NCBI GenBank assembly: GCA_951406725.2
Contig: OX597818.1
Location: forward strand, 140,120,001 to 140,184,000
DNA from: Octopus vulgaris
Taxonomy: Eukaryota
Reading direction: 5' to 3'
Length of the DNA: 64,000 nucleotides
Part shown: one piece after another, positions 53,213 to 64,000 of the stretch
Layout: every line of letters begins with the position of its first letter
Position numbering within the stretch: position 1 is the stretch's first letter
Program-made: the position numbers and the translations under genes
The notes under the pieces: model-generated
The model's database searches: none
What the model was told of the DNA's origin: nothing
What the model saw: only the letters and a program-made list of their open reading frames with translations

Positions 53213-54318
53213 ATACAGTGCTACTGTTGTTTATAGCCCAAAGAAGACATCTCCAGCTGGCCAACGACACACAGTCTGTGTCCGATTAGCATTTGCGAAG
53301 CTAGGTCATCGATCACATTGGACTCAAATGGACTCGAGTTTCAGGGTGGTTACTCTCCTCAGCATGTGTTAATCACTAATTAGTGGTGAAAGGTCAAACC
53401 ACTCACAAATTATATATTTATACTTTTATATACTATATATTCTATATACTTTTCTAACGACTCATGTAAGGCTAGCGATGGGAGCGATTACCTCTCTTCG
53501 CAAATACAAATCGGACACAGACCATGTGTCGTTAGCCAGCTGGAGATGTCTTCCTAGGACCGTAAACAACAATAGAACTGTCATCTATAGGATGCCACAT
53601 GTATTTGGCAAATATGTATCTATAATAATAAATGCCAAAACTAATTTCTGTGTGCTGGTGTCACACTTTGACCCTGCCATCTCTCTGACTATTCAATGAC
53701 ACTTTCACTATTCCTCGTGATGGGGTGAGAGTAATAGTAGGCATAGAGACAGTAGTAGATTGACGGGTGTAATGGTAATGGGGTGATAGTAAAAGTACGA
53801 GCTGTAGCTGTGATAGAGGCGGAGGCGGCGGTGATGATGGTACTGGTGGTCAGTCAGGGATGATGGTGATAGTAAATGATGTAAAAACAGTGATTACGGT
53901 GGCGGAGTAAGCGATGTGAAAGACAGTGGTAATGGTGGTGGAGAGGAAGGCTGGGAATTCAAAGCTATTGATGGTGGTGGTATCAGAAGTCTGAATAGTG
54001 TGGTGGCGATGGTGGTGATACTGGTGATGGTTATGGTTACAAACAATCTATAGAAAATGAGAGAGAGAGAATGCAAGAGGTTAGACAACAAAGAAATTGT
54101 ACTGACCCCTGAATCGGAAGAGAAAAATAAGTTCCAAGTCGACAAATTATACCACTTTTTTGTTGAAAATTCTTCATTGCTTGAAAAATATTGGTAATGT
54201 TTAATAAAATTTAGTATGTACTCAATGCATTAAGTGTCATTGTTGGGCCCAAGGCTCAATGAAGCGCACTCCGCAGCAGCTAGCTTAAAGGCCACCCTGT
54301 CGGGCGGCTTTTAAGAGG

Positions 54319-54365
<47 letters not shown>

Positions 54366-54561
54366 TACTGTAAATTTAGGGTGAATACTTGATAAGTGTA
54401 AGAACCTGTATATGCCAGATAGTGGCATAACTATGTTTGCGGCTAAAGAGAGCTTTAAACCATCTTTCATATCAATTATATACTGATGTAAGAACGGATT
54501 ATTTATAAGGCTTGAAACACGTGTACCGCGATAACCTTTGTGTTCTGTTTTTAATTCTATT

Positions 54562-54641
<80 letters not shown>

Positions 54642-55559
54642 CTATCTAAAAATTCGATGTGGAAATCTAAGTAATATTTACGGTTTTAGACATTAGACTG
54701 GCACATCATCAGACTTACATTAAAGGCAAGTTTTCCATATATGAAAAATGTCCGTATTGGTCTGGAACCCCACAGTGTTGAAATCCCAGAACTCGGGTTC
54801 AGAGCTTCTCTGGAAATACTCTTCCTTTTCCTGACTAGCACACAAGATATGTATGTATATATATATATATATATGAAATTAATACTTATATATATATATA
54901 TATGCATGTATGTTTTTTTTTAGGAAACATCAATAATATTTAGTCTCTCTGATGTACAACAAGAGAGGTTAATTTTCTAGTTATGGAGAAAATCTCTTCT
55001 ATTTTCGTATGGCGAAGTAATTCTACATTCAGATTTCAAAGTATGTTTAAACGTGAAATGCAAAGGATGCCATTGATTAGTATTAGCATTGAAAAGCATA
55101 AGCAAGGAATCTGCTCAAGTAAGTCAAGGGAGACAACTTTAAAATTGAACTTAATACTCATCAATAAATAGAGAATTAGGTGTAAACATGTGCTCTGGTA
55201 GTAAGAGAAACAAATGCGTTCATATTTCGATCTCGTTAGCTTTCCTCATTGAAGCATAGTCTTACCATTCTTTGAAGTTGTTACAGAAATCAGATTTCAT
55301 TTACTAAACTTTTATATGTTATCTAGCCATTACCCAGAGGCGTAGATATATTCGATATGAGACAAATATTGGAAGACATTTACTATTCTTCCTCCCAGCT
55401 CACTGTTTTATTTTTACTATTATTGAAGCGGTAAGCTGGCAGAATAGTTTGCATGTCGAAAGAAGGCACAGTGTCATTACTTCTCTCCTTACGTTCTGAG
55501 TTCAAATTTCGTCGTGATCGACTTTGCCTTTCACGCCAAAATTTGAAATCACTGTTATA

Positions 55560-55788
55560 ATCATTCTTTGTAAGCCTAGTATCTATGCTATCGTAAACAC
55601 ACCAACATCGGTTGTCAAGCGATGGGGGGCGTGACAAACACAGACACACAAACATATATATATATATATACATTACATATATATATATATATATACGATG
55701 GGCTTTCAGTTTCCGTTTACCACATCCACTGAGAAGGTTTTGGTTGACCCGAGGCTATAGCAGAAGACACTTGCCCAAGGTGCCACAC
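55560..55788 (-). mobile_element. Partial SINE family D
   Basis: acacaccaacatcggttgtcaagcgatg...(TA)n...gaagacacttgcccaaggtgccac. Confidence 0.75.
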
Positions 55789-55996
55789 ATATCAAGATAA
55801 GCAACAGGATATCAAGTAGTGATGCAGTACTGCGTTACGACATGATATCCTGTTGCTTATTTTGATTTTATTCACTTTACGTCGAGCTGTGCGGATAATA
55901 TCGGACTGACTTTGTGCTTCAATTTAAGTACCTAATTCAACTGAATCTCAATATATGTATATATACATATATACATATATATATATACATACATAT

Positions 55997-56061
<65 letters not shown>

Positions 56062-57054
56062 ACATAATATATACATAAATATATATATATATATATATAT
56101 ACCATTATATAGGGAGGTATCAAATTATATTGGAATCAACTTCGTCCTTCAACTATTTTGGGATTTAGAAGCAAATAGTACCAGTTATAAGTTGAGTCAT
56201 TTCAGATGTTAGTCATCCACCTCAACAAATGCCATGCTAAGTACTAATTTAAGAAATCGTTATTTGTTGAGAAATGATGGATATAATAACAATTTATTTC
56301 TAGTATTCCAGATATCTCAAAATTGCTGCATCCGTAAAGAAACAATTATTTTCCGTCTTGCTTGTGATGTTGTTTTTATGTTCGTTGTTGTTAATGTTGA
56401 TAAATGCTTTTATTTCTAGATGTTATGGAATTTAGTGTTGCCTTTTTACTTTCGCTGCTCTCAAAGTACCATTATCCAATTTCTAACATGTAAGGAAAGC
56501 CATAATAGAATTAATGGAAAATATTTTGTGAAATATCCTTCCAATCCCATTTGTTTTTTTTGTTTTTTATATGTATTTGTTTGTTAGTTATATTGCAAGG
56601 GTGAAGGTTCTTGGTATAAATTGAATCCTCGCTTACAAATAGGCTGTTTATTTTGCAGTGCTGCCTCTGTAACATCTCTAATACAAAACTGTAATAGATC
56701 TCAATTATCGAGATAAATTGGATTTGATATCTATGTTATTGATGTTGTGAGGGAGGGGCTTCAGTGTTAGTATTTTTGGGGTTTGATGATCACGTCGTTG
56801 TTGTTGTTGTTGTTGTTACTGAAGGTGGTGGAGGTGGAGGTAATACCGTTGCAGTCTGTACTGCTGCTGGTGGTGGTGGTGGTGGTGGTGGTGGTGATAT
56901 CGGTGCTGTTGTTGTTGTTGTTGTTGGTAGTGAAGATGATGGTTGTATGGTGCGTTGTTATTGCGAATTGATTTTGTTGGGAAGGTAGACATTGTTGAGG
57001 TTAATGACGTTGCTTTAAATGTTCGTCTTGTTTTTGTTGCTGTTGTGGCTGTTC

Positions 57055-57210
57055 ACATCATCATCATCATCATTATTTTTGCTATTATTGTTGTTACTAT
57101 TGCTACTGCTGTTGTTGTTGCTATTATTATTATTATTATTATTATTATTATCATTATTATTATTATTATCATCATTATTATCATTATTATTATTATCATT
57201 ATTATTATTA

Positions 57211-57271
<61 letters not shown>

Positions 57272-57357
57272 CATTATTATTATTATTATTATTATTAGTA
57301 GTAGTAGTAGTAGTAGTAGTAGTATTGTTGTGGTTATTATTATTATCATTATTATTA

Positions 57358-57416
<59 letters not shown>

Positions 57417-57417
57417 G

Positions 57418-57457
<40 letters not shown>

Positions 57458-57495
57458 CATTATTATTATTATTATTATTATCATTATTATTATTA

Positions 57496-57541
<46 letters not shown>

Positions 57542-57579
57542 CATTATTATTATTATTAGTAGTAGTAGTAGTATTGTTG

Positions 57580-57619
<40 letters not shown>

Positions 57620-57640
57620 CATTATTATTATTATTACTTT
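57055..57640. repeat. (ATT)n/(ATC)/(AGT)n compound microsatellite with an internal higher-order duplication
   Basis: Directly visible; the (AGT)n-attgttg block occurs twice. Confidence 0.93.
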
Positions 57641-59179
57641 GTAGTTCATATTGTTCTTGTTAGTAACGATAGTAATGAACGATGGAGGCGGCAGTGTGTT
57701 TGTTGTTTACATAGGATTTATTCGGGTCGGAGTTAAATGTGTTATTGTGTATCGATGATGGTGATGGTGGTGGTGATGCTGGGTGGTGTTGGTGATGATG
57801 ATAATGGCGAAGAGGAGGAGGATCATGTTGTTTTTACGGAGGTGGATGATGTTAATGTTAATAATATTAGCTTTGATCTTATTGTTAGTTGGAGGGAAGA
57901 ATTGGGCGATGTGTTGTTAGAGTTAATGGAAAGACTTACTGCTGAGATGTTGACGTTGAATTATCATTGTGCTTGTTGTTGATGTGTTTAATTCGAAAGT
58001 TGAACCACGGTGAAGGTCCTATGCAGTTCATCATTATTATTATCATTATCATAAGGTCGTGGTATCGATTCTTGGACATGCTCGACGTTCCATGAAATCA
58101 AGAGCGCAAGCGCCGACAGACTTTCTATATCTGTTTGCAAGTAAATAGGTACCTAATACAGTTAAGGTAAGTATAACTGCTACCTTGCCATATTCGCTTG
58201 CGAGTGACGGTAATAGTTGTGAATCGTAATATATTTAATGAAGATTTATGTTTTCTTTGTGTTTGTTGATGTTGTTTGCTGTATGATCATTAAATTGTTT
58301 ACGTACTGACAATACTGTTGAGAGCGTCAAGATGTCATTTTTTAAACTCAGAATCAAGCTTTGATCATTTCAATCACGACTATCAGGTATTTATTTTCTT
58401 TCAAATTGTATCCATAGTCTAGTGGTTCATTCCATTTTAAACATGCTAGGGCATGGTTTGAGGAAGGTTTGGCTACGGTTACTAGCACGAAAAGAAAACA
58501 CGAGACACTTCCCTTTCTCGTTCATAAGTAGACTGTAAGATTCTAGCTTGAGTAACGATTTAAATATCTTGCGGTGCTTCGTTTTGACTCTAAGATCCAA
58601 GTTCAAAGTCCTCCAGCGACAACTTGAACTATTGCTATTACACTCGTACGGGTCGTTTCTCATCTGTCTCACTAGATCTTAACACATACGGCTTGGAATA
58701 CTACCTTTCTTCTGAGTGCTGCATGTAGTTGCCAAGACAAAATGAGGAATTGCAGTATATTATTATATCAATGACACACACACACAAATACACACATACA
58801 AATACAAACAAACGCACATACACACACACACACACATACAACCCCCACACACATACGCATACACAAACACAAACACATGTACGTAAAGACGCAATCACAC
58901 GGACACACATACACACACAGAAAACACGCACAAATACACACATACACAAACACACACAGTAACATACACCCTAGAACACATACACGCACAAACACACACA
59001 CATACACAAACACACACAAACACACACACACAAACACACAAACACACACAGAGACAGACACACATACACAAGCATACTCTTACAAACACACTCACAAAGA
59101 CATACAAACACACAGAAATACACACACATTCTCTTTCTAGCTCTCTCAGTTCCGCCGCTTTATGCTTATGTTTGTAATT

Positions 59180-59406
59180 TATATATATATAAAACTGAGA
59201 ATGTGTGTCGCTCTGTCTGTGTGAATCCCTAAAACTTGAGAACTACACAACCAATTTCATTCAAATTTTACACATGCCTTACTTAGGGTCCATGTAATGT
59301 CAAGGGTAAAAAAATGTTTAACTTCTTTCCTAGGGCGAGCCCACAGCAACATCACATCTCCACTATTTCAGTATTATGTGTTAAATATCATGTATATATA
59401 TGGATG

Positions 59407-59451
<45 letters not shown>

Positions 59452-60560
59452 ATATGTATACATGTATATATATATATATGTAGCTGTATATGTATACATG
59501 TATATGTATAGATGTATTTCTATATATATACATGTATATGTAATCATGTATGTCTAGATGTATATATAGATGTACATGTAATATGTACACATATATATAC
59601 ATGCATACCTATATACACCCATACACACACACACACCGATCCACCCACCCACGGGTGCAGGTGTGGCTGTGTGGTAACATACTTGTTCAAAAACACATGG
59701 TCCTCAGTTCAGTCCCACTGTGTGGTAACTTGGCATGTGTCTTCTGCTATAGCCTCAGACCAACCAAAGCCTTGTCAGAGGACTTTGTAGACAGAAACTG
59801 AAAGAAATCAATTGTATGTATATGTATGTATATATGTAAGTCTATGTGTGTGTCTTCGTGTTTCTCCCTCATCACTGCTTCACAACTGGTGTTCGATTAT
59901 TTACATCCCCATAACTTACTGGTTTCACAAGAAGAAACTGATAGAATAAGTACCAGGCTTATCAAAATATAAAACAGCACTACGAAGTGTCTCATATTTT
60001 TGTTTGCCTACTCAGTTGTATCTATCAAGTTATCTTTGTGTGTGTGTGTTTGTGTTACTTCAAGTAACGACTAGGGTAGGGTAACTGACTGCTTATTGTG
60101 ATCATTCGTCTTTTGGTTTCCTGTAGCTTTGCTCTCTTTTACAAAACCAATGAACATATATCTCCTATTTGAAAGAAATCCACACAATAGATATAAGACC
60201 CAAGTTAAAATGATTTTCAACAATTCAACTTCTCTGGTTGACATTAAGATGCCCAACACCAACAGGGGCCTTAACTCTCACATTTTAGAGCTCCATGACC
60301 TTCATTTTTTAGGAGCAAAATCTTTTTAACAGGTTCAATAACACTGGAATTTTGGAATATGCGCATAAAAATCAGTAGTATGGGATACATGTGGCACGAT
60401 TACAAATTTTTTAGGGTGTGTAAAGAGGGAAATAACCCTCATCTGCAATTTTGATGAAATTCGAAACATAGATATTCCAGTTCATTACAGAACATATAAC
60501 AGAAAAGTCTAATTCTTCAATTGAATGTAACCAGGCAACGCCGGGTATCTCTGCCGGTCA
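59180..60560 (+). mobile_element. Non-autonomous Helitron/DINE-like element with a nested SINE D (59652-59965, +)
   Basis: Start tatatatataaaactgagaatgtgtgt..tctgtctgtg..caaccaatttcattcaaattttacac; end ccaggcaacgccgggtatctctgc. Confidence 0.55.
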
Positions 60561-60825
60561 ATCGATATAATTAATGAAATTGTGTCATGATTGTGGTTGG
60601 AGACATTTTCACCGGTTATGCAGTAGAATTCTCTTGTTTTAGTTGAGTCGCTGTTGTTGTGATGTTGACGAACAATCCTGACATGTGAATAACAAATGCA
60701 TTCCTTTTATTATGACAGAGTATGTCCAAATTTAAGTACAAAAAGAGAAATTCTGATTAGATATGTTTTGAAAAATTATACATGCGTATATACATACAAA
60801 CATACATACATACATATTGAATACA

Positions 60826-60888
<63 letters not shown>

Positions 60889-60938
60889 GTGTCTGTCTGT
60901 CTATCTATTTCTCTCTCTCTTCTCTCTCTGTCTATCTA

Positions 60939-60998
<60 letters not shown>

Positions 60999-61164
60999 TT
61001 AAAATTACTAAGTCTCTATAAAAGAGATTATGGCAGCGTTTACTGGAAATTAATTGTTATCGCCATATTAATATATATATATATATACATATATACATAT
61101 ATATAATATATATACATACATGCATACATACTAATCTGTCTATTTATCTATTATATATATATAT

Positions 61165-61401
61165 TCTTTTATTCTTTTATTCTTTTATTTTTTCAGTCAT
61201 TTGATTGCAGCCATGCTGGAGTACCACCCTTAGTCGAGCAAATCAATCTAGGGACTTCTTTGTGAGCCTAGTACTTATTCTATCGGTCTTTTTTTCCGAA
61301 CCGCTAGGTTACGGGGGACGTAAACACACCAACATCGGTTGTAAAGCGATGGTGGGGGACAACCAGAGTCGCACAAGCATTTACACACACATATGTATGT
61401 T

Positions 61402-61464
<63 letters not shown>

Positions 61465-61597
61465 GACAGTCTTTTTTCAGTTTCCGTCTACCAAATCCAC
61501 TCACAATGTATTTGGCCAAGGTGCCTCGCAGTGGGACTGAACCTGGAACCATGGGGTTGTTAAGCAACCTACTTACCACTCAGCCACTCCTGCGCCT
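61165..61597 (-). mobile_element. SINE family D, near full length
   Basis: Matches 48924-49353, including the internal (TA)n. Confidence 0.88.
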
Positions 61598-63142
61598 AGA
61601 TAGAGATGTGTTTTGCATCGGGAAAACAAGACTACTGAGTTTTATATTGTACTAAAAATACGTGATAGACGCACGTGTCCCAAGGTGATGAGGATGTAAC
61701 CAGAAACGCCATCGGATTTACTGAAGCTTGTCATGGATTGGGCCCAGCGTTGAGAGAGATTTACCCAATGCTCACATCACAACATTTGTTACGATATGGG
61801 ATAGAACTTAGGAGATAAGAGGCATGAGGAGGAGAAGAAGGACAATAACAATAATAACAGCAGCAGCAACAACCGTAACATCCACAACAACAATAACAAA
61901 ACAACACCACAACAAAAATAATTGCCTTTAGATTGAATTTTTTACTGTTATGATAATCTCATTGTTTTGTTTTTATTGGGTTCCGTTCTTCTTAACTGAG
62001 TAAAAGAAAATGTACAGAACGCTAAAGACTTCCATGACACTCCAAGACTGATGGATGGAAAGAAGAAACTAATTTAACACCAGCTATCTTGGTAAGTTTA
62101 GTGGCTATTTTTGTTGTTGTCCCAAATGTTTATGATGCTGACGCTGAGAAATTGGCATAAAATTTAACATAAAAAACAACTTTAACTCATCAGCTTTAAA
62201 TAGTTCATCATTTTGAACAGTAAAATTGCAGATTGTAGATACAAGTAAAGGGTCCCCCGTCAGTGAGATAAGCTTAATGTTACTGAAGTTGTTATTATTT
62301 AACCCTTGACCTGCACTGATCTTAAAAATATTTGAATGAAGGCATTCCAGTTATGATCATTCAACCCTTTACTCGCGTAAATGAAAACCATGTCGGCCCT
62401 ATAAAACATGCTTAGTTTTAAAGGCTGTTGTTTCTTCTCCTTTCCAGCAGATAAAACAAGCAAAAAGAGCCACGATGCTAGTGAGGTTACAAATGTTAGT
62501 ATTGGGAACTTTTTGGATTGGAACCGTTATTATTACTGGTATTAACTTACATAGTTATTGCTGGTGTTGTTATTAAGTTTAAATGTGCAGTAACAGCGGG
62601 TGTTATTTTCAACGAAAGATTCTGTTGATTTAAACTGCAGGCCAATCCTGATCGAGCGGATATGTGTTCAAAATAAAGCATTTCTACGATGATCGAACTG
62701 TGATCTCCAGTCATAGTACATGTACAATGACATGACTAATTGCTCCCAGCCCTACATCGTTGATATTTTCAACTACCTTTCTTTAGAATGCAATGAGCAG
62801 TTGGTAAGCTGCAGGGATTACTTAGCAATACAACTTGAGAAATGGTCTGCGATAGGCCTAAGATGGCAAACACATGTAATACGCCTATTTGTGCAAACGG
62901 CAACCACACTGGCTTCCCGCTATTATTGTCTAAGTATCACTGCATAGCGTTATATCGTGCTAGCGTATCAGCAACTGTTTTACTTTGAAGCCCAGTTACT
63001 AGCTGCATTAGTTGGAAGCAGATGAACCTCACAAAGTCTTGATTTGTATCTCCCACAAGAAACTTGAGAGCAAACACTACGATGTAGTTCGATATTTGTT
63101 TTGACAAGCTGCAACAATAAAAAGGTGGTATACTACAACAAA

Positions 63143-63375
63143 AAGGCAGCGAGCTGGCAGAAACGTTAGCACGCCGGGCGAAATTCTTACCGGTATTTCG
63201 TCTGCCGTTATGTTCTGAGTTCAAATTCCGCCGAGGTCGACTTTGCTTTTCATCCTTTCGGGGTCGATCAAATAAGTACCAGTTACGCCCTGGGGTCGAT
63301 GTAATCGACTTAATCCATTTGTCTGTCCCTGTTTGTTCCCTCTGTGTTTAGCCCCTTGTGGGTAGTAAAGAAATA
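63143..63375 (+). mobile_element. SINE family A, full length
   Basis: Matches family A. Confidence 0.9.
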
Positions 63376-64000
63376 GATACACTACAAAAACAATTTAAAC
63401 GCTAGCCACTTTCGCCCGACATTTTATGGAAACTTTCTTTGTTGACCATTTCCAAAAACAGTAACCATTCTTATCTTCAAATCGTACTAGCTTTATTTAA
63501 TGAAGTTGATATTGCAGGTAATCCTGTCGACTGATTTGCTTCTTAGCGAATACTCGAAATATCCACTGCATCCTCAAGTGTAACTAGATTTTCTCGCAAT
63601 CATAGTTTTGGCTGAGTGGTGGAGAAAGTCATTGAGATAGTCAGCCAAGTCTACAGTTACTCGTATGTCGATACTTGCATAATGATCAAGGAAATATAAT
63701 AAGGAATTGAACCTCTGAAAATATATTACAGATGAATTTATTCCTTAACCTTTTGTTGTTGAAATTTGTTGTCGAAGCCTGTCTTTCCTGACATCAAACT
63801 AAAAATATTCACTGTACCAAATTTAATGCCAGTCAAGGTCCATAATATGCAAGGATACGGAATAATTAACCAGTATCTAGTTTGCCATTGTGAAACACTT
63901 TCTGTGGGATTTTGAAACCATTTTGATTTTAACAAAATATAACGAACAGTATAATTTTAGTTGCTAAATCTCTAAACCTGTGCGATGCTTGTTTAACTCG

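Noticed and set aside
53615-54310. Possible Helitron (TCTATAATAATAAA start, CTAG near 54281)
   Set aside because: The 3' hairpin is unconvincing and there is no second copy in the window.
62720-63960. Short ORFs in unique sequence near the window end
   Set aside because: No recognisable homology or exon structure.

Overview
AT-rich eukaryotic DNA saturated with microsatellites and transposon debris. The tRNA-derived SINE families and repeat landscape point to an octopus or other cephalopod genome; this is inferred from recalled family sequences, not from a search. No intact host gene is visible, and almost all ORF-track entries are microsatellite artefacts. Real coding remnants are: an internally deleted Gypsy element (gag-PR-IN), several R4/Dong-type LINE fragments sitting in (TAA)n tracts, RTE- and Tx1/L1-like fragments, a Penelope-like element (RT thumb plus GIY-YIG), a Tc1 element with both TIRs, and a mariner 5' fragment. 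There are also Tigger-like and Helitron-like non-autonomous elements and four SINE families, several with clear TSDs. The most striking signal is a dispersed set of small non-coding cassettes embedded in or beside (TA)n tracts that carry minimal type I hammerhead ribozyme motifs. These include a canonical CUGAAGA core, a compensatory U3-A8 core and a CCGACGA core. They often occur as inverted (sense plus antisense) pairs, and one sits in a retrozyme-like partial tandem, all in the same window as a Penelope RT/GIY-YIG remnant. A compact E-box/RFX X-box/NRF1 promoter-like cluster (~47.1 kb) and a 76-bp pre-miRNA-sized palindrome (~55.8 kb) also stand out.
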